This document shows, in pieces, positions 19,301-28,927 of a stretch of DNA of 64,000 nucleotides. Location of the stretch: IMG/VR virus record IMGVR_UViG_3300047564_002155, positions 104,129 to 168,128 of that record, one strand, 5' to 3'. This DNA is from a virus. Position numbers and translations under genes: made by a program. Each line of letters starts with the position of its first letter. Positions within the stretch are counted from its first letter, which is position 1. The notes beneath the pieces were generated by a model. The model did not search any database, was not told the origin of the DNA, and worked only from the letters and a program-made list of their open reading frames with translations.

Positions 19301-20078
19301 GACATATGTAGACACTTCACGAGTTACCATTCGTGAAATCAACAAAGCCATCGCAAAGGATATGATTGTGACCTATCACTATTCCCACGCTTGGACTATG
19401 TGTAGATACGCATTGGGTATTTTTTACAAAACCGATGAAAAGGACATTCTTGGAAATGATGAGCAATTGATTGGAGTTGCTGTGTATGGATTTCCTGTTG
19501 GTAGGTCGGCTGTGACCTCTATCATTGATGGGTTGGGTAATGACCAATGTTTGGAGCTAACACGATTGTTCATCCACGATGGTTATGGGTCAAATATTGA
19601 ATCATACGCATTGGGACAAACATTTAAGTGGATGAGGGAACACGCCCCCAACATCAAAATGTTATTGTCGTATTCAGACCCATTCCAAGGTCATTTGGGT
19701 GGTATCTATCGTGCTACCAATTGGTTATTCCAAGACACCAACAAAATCCAATTGATGCCGAACTATGGTATTTCATTAGAAGGTGAAAATGGAACTTATA
19801 TTCACTCACGAACTGTATTTTCAAAGTGGGGCTCGCATAATCTTGAACATTTGAAAACTGAAATTGGTAAGGATGGGTATAAAGAGTTCTGGCGTAGAAA
19901 AGAAATGTCTAAACTACGATACATTCAGATTCTACCAACAAACAAAGGTGAGAAGAAGAAACTGATGAACTCACTTAAACATCCGTGTGAAACTCCACCA
20001 AAGGATATCAGCGACATCTTACCAAAGAGTGAACGATACGAAACTTACGAGCCAGAAAATATGGTTAGTTTTTGGTAG
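19284..20078 (+). CDS. Mom-like GNAT-fold DNA modification protein (paralog 2)
   Basis: Same motif set: 'YHYS', 'GVAVYGFP', 'LELTRL', 'LSYSD..GHLGGIY.ATNW'. Clearly similar to the upstream gene. TTG start. Confidence 0.8.
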   Translation: MKEDNKTYVDTSRVTIREINKAIAKDMIVTYHYSHAWTMCRYALGIFYKTDEKDILGNDEQLIGVAVYGFPVGRSAVTSIIDGLGNDQCLELTRLFIHDGYGSNIESYALGQTFKWMREHAPNIKMLLSYSDPFQGHLGGIYRATNWLFQDTNKIQLMPNYGISLEGENGTYIHSRTVFSKWGSHNLEHLKTEIGKDGYKEFWRRKEMSKLRYIQILPTNKGEKKKLMNSLKHPCETPPKDISDILPKSERYETYEPENMVSFW

Positions 20079-20105
20079 ACTTTGACCAAAAAAATACTAA
20101 ATAAT

Positions 20106-20136
20106 TTTGGCAGTTCAAAAATATTTCGTATATTTG
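20106..20136 (+). promoter_or_regulatory. Bacteroidota sigmaA-type promoter
   Basis: TTTG-N19-TATATTTG. Confidence 0.75.
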
Positions 20137-20208
20137 TATAGTAATGATTGAGAAAGTTCTCCGATTCTCAATTTAGTAAACAGGAGAGTAATTTTAAAAA
20201 CCCCCACG

Positions 20209-20703
20209 ATGAGTAATTATCACAAGCGAGTTCCCTTCCACTCCCTAAACGAAGGTCAAATTGAATATCATCCCATTTTGAGTGGTATTCGGTATCAACA
20301 AAACAAAAAAAGTTTTACAACTTACAATGTTAAAAGTAGGTTAGCTGCTGCAATCTACGAGAACAATGGTAACTGGGATGTTATGTTATGTCCAGCCGGT
20401 GCTAGACCCGATGGTTCAACTAATCATTCTCAAAATCATTCCACGGTAAAGGCTGACGCTCCGTTGTTACTTCAATATCTTAAAATTAAAGGATTTGACA
20501 ACAGAAACCGAAATCTTAAATTTAAAGACCTTCCTTTTTCTTTTGAAAAATTTGAAGACGCATTAGCTTGTTTTCAACTTTATGAAGAAGTGGTTTTAAA
20601 TACACCACTATTGGATTTGGATAAAGTTAATTTACAATCAAATCCTTGGACAAAACGAGATTTTGAAAATTTAAAAAATAATCGTATATTTGTTAACCAA
20701 TAA
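20209..20703 (+). CDS. Hypothetical protein
   Basis: 164 aa ORF behind a promoter; no recognisable motif. Confidence 0.6.
   Translation: MSNYHKRVPFHSLNEGQIEYHPILSGIRYQQNKKSFTTYNVKSRLAAAIYENNGNWDVMLCPAGARPDGSTNHSQNHSTVKADAPLLLQYLKIKGFDNRNRNLKFKDLPFSFEKFEDALACFQLYEEVVLNTPLLDLDKVNLQSNPWTKRDFENLKNNRIFVNQ
20662..20692 (+). promoter_or_regulatory. Bacteroidota sigmaA-type promoter overlapping the ORF end
   Basis: TTTG-N19-TATATTTG before the 20707/20716 start. Confidence 0.65.
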
Positions 20704-20706
20704 AAA

Positions 20707-22503
20707 TTGAAAGATATGAGAAGTTTAAAAGAAGCTTTAGTGTGGGTTGGTGAGAACAAAGCAAAGCCCGCTATTTTCGTTAGAACATTGGGTGTTGTTA
20801 CATTTCAAATGTGTCGTGAGTTGATTGATAGTGGTGCTCTTGATAATGAGGCTAACCGAGATGAGGATTTGGACACTCATAAAAAGTATTGGGGTAAACT
20901 TCATCACTTGATTCGCTTCGTAAGCGGTATCTCCGAAAAGGGTCAGTTATTGGTGTCTATCTTAAAGGACAAAGTGGGTGATGTTGGTTTCATTCGTGAT
21001 AACGGAACATTGTTTTCCTTGTTGTTTGGTAAATACTACGATAGTAGTGTTCTAACAGGTAATGAATGGTTAATGATGTGTGAGGACATTATTAAAGATT
21101 ATGACATCACGAATGAGGATGATAAGTGTGTAATCAATATGATTACTGACTATTTCAACAAGAAGACACCACAGGAACTTGATATTAAGTATTCTTTAAA
21201 ACATTTGATAGATGGCTCTGATGAGTTTCGTGAATTCTTTGACAATAGTCAAATTGCATTTGTTGTTAATTTACACACTGTAAAACAATTTGAGAAGGAT
21301 ATGATTAATTGTAACCGACAACCAAATCCGTGGTTGGCTTACAACTACTATATGACTCCTTTGAAACGAACGGATGAGTACAAAACTTATTTTTGTGGTG
21401 ACCAACTTTTAGAATATTTTACTAATAAGGTAGGTGCTGATGAATTTACACGAGGTGGGTTGATGTCGGGTCATAAAGGATATGCCGAGAAACACAAAGT
21501 AGCAAAGATGATACCAATCCTTCAGGCGTACATTGGTTCTCACTATTGTGATACCATTGATGAGTTTAAAAAGTTTAACGATATGGTCGTTAGTTTTGAA
21601 AACGGAACAACCGATGGTAAGGAAACCGAATACTGGCAATCTATGTTTAAGCGTGTCATTTCGGAAGTAAGTTATGGTGAGTTGACCAAGTGGTACGAAA
21701 GTACATATGTGAAGGTGTTTGAATCGGATGATTGGAAGACAATCACCACTACCATTAACAAGATTGTAACCAACAATCTAAATGGGAAGCGAATAACGGC
21801 TATGGAAGACCTTCACATTAAAAAGTATCATACAGGAATTTTGTTATTCACCTTTGTTTTACACTTCAAACGAACCAAGAAGTCAGTTGGGATATCAAAG
21901 TTAACATCCAAAGTAGTCAATGAGTATTGTAAACTGTTGAATGGTAATGTTGACCACGAAGGTAATCAAATTAGTGTATGGGAGTATTTTGGAACACAAT
22001 CTTCGGTTTACTCATCAACGAGTGCCAATGTTAGATTTGAAAAGTTGTTCAAATATGTTTTTAAGAATGTTGAATCTAACTTGAAAGCTGGCTCTAAAGA
22101 CCGTGACCATCAATCCGAATATCGTGAGCAGTCACTAAAACGAATTTCAACCTTCCTTGAGTCCGAGGGAATGCCTCAACGACTGAAACTATACCCACTA
22201 TCTACCGATGTGTTGAGTGTTGTAAACTTCAAGACTGGCGAGGGTGTCCAATGGTTACATAAATCACCCAACTCAACCGGGGGTGATGCTAAAGATGGGT
22301 TTTTGGGTATGACTGATGATAACCTAACGGGTAATCAAAAATACAAGAATTGGAATTGTACACCAAACGAGTATTGGGAGATGTTGGTTGAACATAATGA
22401 GAAGATGTCTGGCAATTTGAGTCCAATTGAAAAACGGATTGTCGCTTCATCAATTAATACAATTTACCAAATCCTTGAAACGGGTTTAAATTTTGGAGCA
22501 TAA
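20707..22503 (+). CDS. Hypothetical protein, possibly a divergent DUF262/ParB-like + HNH-like (GmrSD-type) protein
   Basis: 598 aa (alternative ATG at 20716). N-terminal 'ANR..W..LI...RDNG..F...NR' and C-terminal 'WLHKSPNSTGG...DN' only loosely resemble these domains. Confidence 0.4.
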   Translation: MKDMRSLKEALVWVGENKAKPAIFVRTLGVVTFQMCRELIDSGALDNEANRDEDLDTHKKYWGKLHHLIRFVSGISEKGQLLVSILKDKVGDVGFIRDNGTLFSLLFGKYYDSSVLTGNEWLMMCEDIIKDYDITNEDDKCVINMITDYFNKKTPQELDIKYSLKHLIDGSDEFREFFDNSQIAFVVNLHTVKQFEKDMINCNRQPNPWLAYNYYMTPLKRTDEYKTYFCGDQLLEYFTNKVGADEFTRGGLMSGHKGYAEKHKVAKMIPILQAYIGSHYCDTIDEFKKFNDMVVSFENGTTDGKETEYWQSMFKRVISEVSYGELTKWYESTYVKVFESDDWKTITTTINKIVTNNLNGKRITAMEDLHIKKYHTGILLFTFVLHFKRTKKSVGISKLTSKVVNEYCKLLNGNVDHEGNQISVWEYFGTQSSVYSSTSANVRFEKLFKYVFKNVESNLKAGSKDRDHQSEYREQSLKRISTFLESEGMPQRLKLYPLSTDVLSVVNFKTGEGVQWLHKSPNSTGGDAKDGFLGMTDDNLTGNQKYKNWNCTPNEYWEMLVEHNEKMSGNLSPIEKRIVASSINTIYQILETGLNFGA

Positions 22504-22504
22504 T

Positions 22505-23623
22505 ATGAGAGTTTTAGTTATACCAAATTACACCAACTTTGGGGCTGTTAAAGACATCAATAGGGATTCGTTCCTATTGGTGTTCAAGTCCTTTTTAGAT
22601 AATACGCAAATTGGTAAAGAGTGGGAGTGGATTCTACCTTATCCTGATTTAGATAATCATCCTGGTATCATCAACGCATTTGAATACCCGAATGTTCAGT
22701 TGGTAAAAATGGATGGATTGGATTCATTTCCACCCAAAATGAGGGTAGATTATCCTCACAAGTTTTTCAATAGAATCATTGAAAAATACAAAGGTGAATT
22801 CAATTTGATTTGGAGTCATTTGCCTGAATGGACTAATGAGTTTAAAGTAACTCGTATCTATAATAAAACTCAACCTATTATTGGATATTGTCATTGGTGG
22901 GAAATCAAAGATAATGGTGCAAGAGATGATAATTCATTTTGGCGTAATGTCAAGGGTATGTTAGAAATGAAAGTGTGTGGTGTAAACTCACAATGGGTAA
23001 AAGATTTAGTAATCAAACGAGCATCTGAATCATTTCAACCACATATCATTGAGCAATTAGAACAAATTATTCAACCTTGGTATCTTGGATGTGATTCCGC
23101 AACTCCAACATCTACATACGAACCTAAAACTATTTTGTATAATCATAGATGGGGTGTGTATACGGGTTCGGAATTCTTTTTTGAGGTAATGGATGAATTA
23201 TGGAAAACTCGTAAAGATTTCCAAGTGTGGACTACCTTAAAAGAAATGGGTAAACCATATACCAAATATATTGGTCACGCTGATAGAGATGTATATATGA
23301 ATCAAATGTCAAAAGCACATTTTGGTGTAGGTACGTTCCAAGGATATTCCGCTTGGTCTATGTCAGCAACTGATGGTTTATCTCGTGGAGTTCCATATTT
23401 ACTACCAAATGATTTTTGTTATCCTGAAATGGTAGGCACTGATTACCCTTTACTTTATAATGGTAAAGAAGAATTTAAACAAATGGTTGTAAAACTATTG
23501 GATGGTGATATTGAACGACCTGATGTAACTCATATTGCAGAATCCTTGCTTTGGGAACACCAACTAAAAAGTTGGAATGTAGAAGAAAACTTTGTTAATA
23601 CCGCACGAAAAGATTTTAATTAA
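22505..23623 (+). CDS. GT-B glycosyltransferase, candidate DNA glycosyltransferase
   Basis: 'IWSHLPEW', 'GYCHWWE', 'LYNHR...YTG', 'WSMSATDGLSRGVPYLLP...YPEM'. Its stop overlaps the start of the DNA polymerase B gene. Confidence 0.75.
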   Translation: MRVLVIPNYTNFGAVKDINRDSFLLVFKSFLDNTQIGKEWEWILPYPDLDNHPGIINAFEYPNVQLVKMDGLDSFPPKMRVDYPHKFFNRIIEKYKGEFNLIWSHLPEWTNEFKVTRIYNKTQPIIGYCHWWEIKDNGARDDNSFWRNVKGMLEMKVCGVNSQWVKDLVIKRASESFQPHIIEQLEQIIQPWYLGCDSATPTSTYEPKTILYNHRWGVYTGSEFFFEVMDELWKTRKDFQVWTTLKEMGKPYTKYIGHADRDVYMNQMSKAHFGVGTFQGYSAWSMSATDGLSRGVPYLLPNDFCYPEMVGTDYPLLYNGKEEFKQMVVKLLDGDIERPDVTHIAESLLWEHQLKSWNVEENFVNTARKDFN

Positions 23624-26142
23624 TGTATCAAAATGTATACTATGAAAAGGAAAATGGTATCATCCATTGCTGGGATGACCAAAAAGGTTATTTTACAAGC
23701 AAGTACCGTAGATACGCATATGTTAGAGATGGGAATGGTTCTTTTACTTCTATTCACGGAGAGCGTCTTAAAAAGATAAACTTTTGGAAGCAAGAGGATA
23801 ATCTTAAACTTTACGAAAGTGATGTAAACGAAATGACTCGTTTTCTGATTGACCAATATGGTGATTCAGATGAGGTATCTACCGGTCATACTATTCTAAC
23901 CTTTGATATTGAGGTTGAGATGAATAGTGGTTTGCCGGACATTGATAAAGCAGGTAACGCAATCACTTCAATTGCAGGTCACGATTCAGTCACCAACGAC
24001 TATTTCGTATATGTTGTATCGGACAATTATGTTGACAAAACCATCAAAGGAGCTCAAGTTCGTTCGTTTAAAACTGAAGCTGACCTACTTGAATCATTTC
24101 TAAACAAATGGCAAGAAATCAACCCAACAATCGTTACGGGTTGGAACATTGACTACTTTGATATTACTTACCTATACAATCGTTTAAAGAATGTGTTGGG
24201 TGAGAGAATGGCTAGTAAACTTTCTCCTATTGGTAAGATTGGATACAACAAATATCGTAATCGTTATATTATCGCGGGTGTAAGTTGTTTGGACTACCTT
24301 GCTCTTTACAAGAACTTTACCTACCAAGAATTCCCTAACTACCGATTGGATACCATTGCTAATATCGTATTGGGTAGGGGTAAAATTGAATACAAGGGTA
24401 ATCTTGACCAATTGTTCCGAGATGATTTGGAAAAGTTCATTGAGTATAACTTGGTGGATGTGGAGTTGGTTGTTGAAATGGATAGAAAACTTCAGTTCAT
24501 TGAATTGGCTCAAGCGATTTGTCACGCAGGGCACGTATTTTATGAAGATTTCCTATTCTCATCAAAGTGGTTGGAAGGTGCTATCCTAACTTTCTTGCGT
24601 AGAAGTAATCGTGTAGCGCCAGACAAACCACGAAGAGCGGAAAAGAACGAAGATGGGTCTGATGGTGAGGGTAAGTTCACAGGTGCATATGTAAAAGAAC
24701 CCAAACCCGGTCTTTACAAGTGGGTATATGACTTGGACTTGACTTCGCTGTATCCATCTATTATTATGACCTTGAATGTGTCGCCAGAAACAAAGATTGG
24801 TAAACTCAAATCATTCTCTTCGGAAGATTATATGAAGAACAAGATTGAGTCGTATTCAATCGTGGATGATAATGGTCGTGAGTTTCCACCGCTAACTCGT
24901 GATGAATTTCAAAATCTAATCACGGAATCCAATTATTCAGTATCATCAAATGGTGTATTGTACACGCAAGATAGGGTTGGTGTAATACCTGAAATCTTGA
25001 ATGTTTGGTTTGACAAGCGAGTTGAGTATAAGGACTTAATGAAAAAATATGGTAAAGAGGGTAATAACGAACTTTACAAGTTTTACTCTCAACGCCAGTT
25101 GGTTCAAAAAATTATGTTGAACTCCCTTTATGGTGTATTGGGTCTACCATCATTCCGATTCTATGATGTGGATAACGCAGAAGCTACCACAATTACGGGT
25201 CAAACTGTAATCAAGACCACGGAGATGATTGCTAACCAATACTACAAAAGTATCATTGGTAAAGAGGATGACTACAATGTATATACCGATACTGACTCCG
25301 TATTCTATCAGGCGGCTCCGCTTGTAAAAGCAAGAAACCCACAAATTGATGTGGAGTCTGATGAACAAATGGTTCCAGCGATTCTATCAGTTGCTCAAGA
25401 GGTTCAAGCCCACATCAATAAGGTCTACGACACGATGTCTAAAAAGTTATTCAATGTGGACTTTCACCGATTTGATATCAAACAAGAAACCATCGCAAAA
25501 GGTGGATTTTGGGTATCAAAGAAGAGATACGCACAATGGATTATCAACGACAATACTGTTCCTTGTGATAAGATGGATGTTAAGGGATTGGATGTTCGTA
25601 GGTCATCATTCCCAACCTACTTTAAGAAGGTGATGGAGACTGTTTTGTTGGATATTCTAAAAGGTGTTGATAAATCTATAATTGATGATAAACTTATCAA
25701 ATTCAAAGAAGAGATGTCAGACCAAAACTTTACGGATATTGCAAAGAACTCTGCTGTGAAGGATATGTCCAAGTATGTAAAGAATCGTAAGGAGTACGCA
25801 TTGGGTGAATTTGAGAAAGGAACCCCAGCGCACGTTAAAGCTGCTATAACCTATAATAGGTTGTTGAAACATTATAACGCTCCTTACAAATATGAACCTA
25901 TGAAGGATGGTGATAAGATTAAGTGGGTTTACTTAAAAAAGAATCCACTTGGATTGGAAGCTACCGCATTCACAGGTCATAACGACCCCCCACAAATCAA
26001 TCAGTTTATTCAACAATACATTGATGTGGACTTGATTTGGGAAAAGGAGTTGGAGAACAAAATCACCGACTTCTATGACGCAATGAATTGGGACAAACCA
26101 AATCCCAATCTTCTAAAAGCATCGCAATTTTTTGGATTTTGA
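23623..26142 (+). CDS. Family B DNA polymerase (T4 gp43-like)
   Basis: Exonuclease motifs 'FDIEV', 'GWNIDYFD', 'YNLVD'; polymerase motifs 'DLTSLYPSI', 'KIMLNSLYG', 'YTDTDS', 'KKRY'. Confidence 0.96.
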   Translation: MYQNVYYEKENGIIHCWDDQKGYFTSKYRRYAYVRDGNGSFTSIHGERLKKINFWKQEDNLKLYESDVNEMTRFLIDQYGDSDEVSTGHTILTFDIEVEMNSGLPDIDKAGNAITSIAGHDSVTNDYFVYVVSDNYVDKTIKGAQVRSFKTEADLLESFLNKWQEINPTIVTGWNIDYFDITYLYNRLKNVLGERMASKLSPIGKIGYNKYRNRYIIAGVSCLDYLALYKNFTYQEFPNYRLDTIANIVLGRGKIEYKGNLDQLFRDDLEKFIEYNLVDVELVVEMDRKLQFIELAQAICHAGHVFYEDFLFSSKWLEGAILTFLRRSNRVAPDKPRRAEKNEDGSDGEGKFTGAYVKEPKPGLYKWVYDLDLTSLYPSIIMTLNVSPETKIGKLKSFSSEDYMKNKIESYSIVDDNGREFPPLTRDEFQNLITESNYSVSSNGVLYTQDRVGVIPEILNVWFDKRVEYKDLMKKYGKEGNNELYKFYSQRQLVQKIMLNSLYGVLGLPSFRFYDVDNAEATTITGQTVIKTTEMIANQYYKSIIGKEDDYNVYTDTDSVFYQAAPLVKARNPQIDVESDEQMVPAILSVAQEVQAHINKVYDTMSKKLFNVDFHRFDIKQETIAKGGFWVSKKRYAQWIINDNTVPCDKMDVKGLDVRRSSFPTYFKKVMETVLLDILKGVDKSIIDDKLIKFKEEMSDQNFTDIAKNSAVKDMSKYVKNRKEYALGEFEKGTPAHVKAAITYNRLLKHYNAPYKYEPMKDGDKIKWVYLKKNPLGLEATAFTGHNDPPQINQFIQQYIDVDLIWEKELENKITDFYDAMNWDKPNPNLLKASQFFGF

Positions 26143-26174
26143 TTTGGATAATTAAAATTAATTTAGTATATTTG
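26143..26174 (+). promoter_or_regulatory. Bacteroidota sigmaA-type promoter
   Basis: TTTG-N20-TATATTTG, 4 nt before ATG 26179. Confidence 0.75.
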
Positions 26175-26178
26175 TATT

Positions 26179-26382
26179 ATGAATATTGAACAAGCAAAAC
26201 AAGTATTAAAGGAGAATGGTTACTATGTAGATAATCTCTGGCACACCGATGATGTCCACCAATTTGGTGATATTTCAGAGGATGGTGCATATGATGTGTT
26301 AAATTCAGTTTTACAAAATGCGTATACCATTGAAAAAATCAATGAAATGCTGCACGATGAATTCTACGAGCGAACAAATTAA
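26179..26382 (+). CDS. Small hypothetical protein
   Basis: 67 aa, acidic, 'GYYVDNLWHTDDV'. Confidence 0.65.
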   Translation: MNIEQAKQVLKENGYYVDNLWHTDDVHQFGDISEDGAYDVLNSVLQNAYTIEKINEMLHDEFYERTN

Positions 26383-26993
26383 TGAGTGTAACCAACTACA
26401 TAGTAGAATTATGTCCACGAAGTGAGATTGTAAACTTTGTGGAAACTCATCACTATTCAAAAAATATGAATGGATTACACATTTCATATTGTTTTAAGTT
26501 GATGGATGGTGATACTATGATTGGTGCTATGGTTTATGGGTCTTTGGGTATGGTTGGGGTTGCTGAAAAGTATACCTCCAACCCATCAAAGATTTTAGAG
26601 TTGAAACGACTCGTTTGTATTGATGATACTCCAAAAAATACCGAATCGTATTTTATAGGTTGGACTCTTCGGTGGTTACAACGAAATACTGATTTGGAAA
26701 TGATAATCTCATATGCTGATAAAACATTTGGACACGAAGGTGTGGTTTATAAAGCTACAAACTTTGAGTGTATGGGTGAAACATCAGCTGGAAGGGTTAT
26801 TATGTGGAATGGTCGTAGGTATCACGACAAAACTTTAAGAAACAAACACAATGGGAAACTAAAGCCCGTTGCTATTGAATTGAAAAACGCATTGGATGAT
26901 GGAAGTGCTCAGTATGTGGAAACTCTTACAAAGAACATTTACATTTACCGATTCAAAAAAAGAAAACAAAAAATCCAGCAATGGTTTGGATAA
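26382..26993 (+). CDS. Mom-like GNAT-fold DNA modification protein (paralog 3)
   Basis: 'HHYS', 'IGAMVYG', 'LELKRLVCIDDTPKNTESYFIG..LRWL', 'ISYAD..GHEGVVYKATNF..G'. Confidence 0.82.
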   Translation: MSVTNYIVELCPRSEIVNFVETHHYSKNMNGLHISYCFKLMDGDTMIGAMVYGSLGMVGVAEKYTSNPSKILELKRLVCIDDTPKNTESYFIGWTLRWLQRNTDLEMIISYADKTFGHEGVVYKATNFECMGETSAGRVIMWNGRRYHDKTLRNKHNGKLKPVAIELKNALDDGSAQYVETLTKNIYIYRFKKRKQKIQQWFG

Positions 26994-27016
26994 TTCAAAA
27001 TTATTTCGTATATTTG
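26985..27016 (+). promoter_or_regulatory. Bacteroidota sigmaA-type promoter
   Basis: TTTGGATAATTCAAAATTATTTCGTATATTTG. Confidence 0.78.
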
Positions 27017-27038
27017 TCTAAACTAAAAATTAAAAAGT

Positions 27039-27740
27039 ATGAAGAAAAGTTCATTTGAGGGATTTGTCTCTCGTTATAATCTTGGCGGTGAAGTTGAATC
27101 CGTTAAGGTAGTCTCAACTGATGAAGGACTTTCGGTTCGTTTCATCTCTGATGACAAAACCCTTTTGGGTGTTGTAGAAAGTGAAGATAAGTCATTCCCT
27201 AATGGTGAATTTGGTATCTACACTACTTCACAACTAAAAGGTTTGTTGGGTGTTCTTGACGCAAGTGTTGATGTAAAATCTAATGAAACTTCATTGGTAT
27301 TTTCAGACACTAAAACTTCGGTAAACTATGTGTTGGCTGAATTGTCAGTAATTCCAGCAGTTCCAGAACTCAAGCAACTCCCCAACTTTAATGCTACCAT
27401 CACTTTGGATGAAGCATTCATTGGGACATTTATCAAATCAAAAGGTGCTTTGAGTGATTCGGATACCTTTACCTTTACTTGTACTGGTGAATCAAACGCA
27501 GGTAAGATTGTTTTGGGTTATTCTAAAATCAACTCTAACCGAATCTCTATCAATGTAGATTGTGTTTGTGAAAGTGATGTTCAACCCATTTCATTCTCTG
27601 CTAAATACTTGAAGGAAATCTTGAATGCAAATCGTGGTGCTAAAGCATCTTCTATGAAGGTCTCATCACAAGGTCTTGCTTCAGTTTCTTTTGAACACGA
27701 AGGATACAAATCATCTTACTACCTCGTAGAAGTAAAGTAA
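27039..27740 (+). CDS. Sliding clamp (T4 gp45/PCNA-like)
   Basis: 233 aa with 'EFGIY..SQL..LL', a PCNA-like 'FSAKYLKEIL' and 'YYL' C-terminus. Lies between PolB and the clamp loader. Confidence 0.75.
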   Translation: MKKSSFEGFVSRYNLGGEVESVKVVSTDEGLSVRFISDDKTLLGVVESEDKSFPNGEFGIYTTSQLKGLLGVLDASVDVKSNETSLVFSDTKTSVNYVLAELSVIPAVPELKQLPNFNATITLDEAFIGTFIKSKGALSDSDTFTFTCTGESNAGKIVLGYSKINSNRISINVDCVCESDVQPISFSAKYLKEILNANRGAKASSMKVSSQGLASVSFEHEGYKSSYYLVEVK

Positions 27741-28927
27741 TGTTTTGGGATACTGAACCAGCGAAACCTGCGTTTGACTATGATGTAGAAAAGGGTAAGT
27801 TCATTGAAAATATGGACTACCTTTCTTCTATGTCCGTAGAAGAACAAACACTTTACAAAAAGTGGCAGGAGTGGAACTATGACTTGGCTACCTCTATGAA
27901 GAGAAAAGCAGGTCTGGCTCTTCACTATGATGCTCTTTGGATGCCGAAAGACATTCAAAATAAGGAACAAACAATCAAAGAAATTGAAGACCTTGAACCT
28001 TATGTAGAAATTGTTGATGACCCAAAAGAATCTACTCGCTGGACTGAAATCCGAAAACTAATTCATACGATGTCTTTTGATGCTAATCCCGGTCGTAATG
28101 TAAAGATTTACATTAAGGATAGGGTTAGTGGTAAGATACTTGGAATGATTTCCTTGGCTTCAGATGTCACATCATTGGGAGTTCGTGATACCTACATTGG
28201 GTGGACCCAAGACAACAAATACAAAGATGGTAAGTTGAATCATACTACTATCGCATCCACAATTGTCTGCACCCAACCTTTGGGGTACAATTTCTTGGGT
28301 GGTAAGTTGATTGCTTGTATGGCTACATCGGAGGTAGTTCGTAAACATTGGAAAGAGAAATACGGACAAACTTTGATTGCAGTCGGAACCACTTCTTTGT
28401 ATGGTATTCACTCTCAATATAATGGTATCCCCCACTTCAAAACCTTGGGAGAATCCGCAGGTAAGGTAGCTACAAAGCCAGATGATTCAGTTTACGAACC
28501 CTGGCACCATTGGATTAAAGAAAACAAATCCGAAGAGTACGCTATTCAAACTGCTGAAAAAGAAGGTGTAGATGGACCTGCTACCGGAGTAAAGCAGAAA
28601 GTCATCAATATGATTTTCAAAGAACTTGGGTTGAAAGGTTCTCACTACCAACACGGATTCAAACGAGGTGTGTATTTCGCACAAATGTATGAGAATGGTA
28701 ATGAGTTTCTCCGTAATGAGATTACCGAAGACCAACTGATAATGAAGGACAAGTTTGTTCAGAGCGATGAATACACAATGAAGTGGTGGAAACCAAAGGC
28801 AATCAAACGATACGAAAAACTACACGAAGAAGGTCGTATCAAACCAGAATCATTATTTTACCTTGATATCATTGGTATGTCGTGGGAAGATTGTAAAGAA
28901 AAATATCTAAAAGAAGTAGGAAGATGA
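27740..28927 (+). CDS. DUF4338 (Druantia DruA-like) protein
   Basis: 'PGRNVKIYIKD..SGKILG.I.LASD...RD.YIGW...LN...QPLGYNFLGGKLIA...TTSLYG..SQYN'. Confidence 0.75.
   Translation: MFWDTEPAKPAFDYDVEKGKFIENMDYLSSMSVEEQTLYKKWQEWNYDLATSMKRKAGLALHYDALWMPKDIQNKEQTIKEIEDLEPYVEIVDDPKESTRWTEIRKLIHTMSFDANPGRNVKIYIKDRVSGKILGMISLASDVTSLGVRDTYIGWTQDNKYKDGKLNHTTIASTIVCTQPLGYNFLGGKLIACMATSEVVRKHWKEKYGQTLIAVGTTSLYGIHSQYNGIPHFKTLGESAGKVATKPDDSVYEPWHHWIKENKSEEYAIQTAEKEGVDGPATGVKQKVINMIFKELGLKGSHYQHGFKRGVYFAQMYENGNEFLRNEITEDQLIMKDKFVQSDEYTMKWWKPKAIKRYEKLHEEGRIKPESLFYLDIIGMSWEDCKEKYLKEVGR

Noticed and set aside
27740-28927. Druantia defence system
   Set aside because: Only a DruA-like gene is present, with no DruE helicase or other dru genes, and it sits in the clamp/clamp-loader operon.
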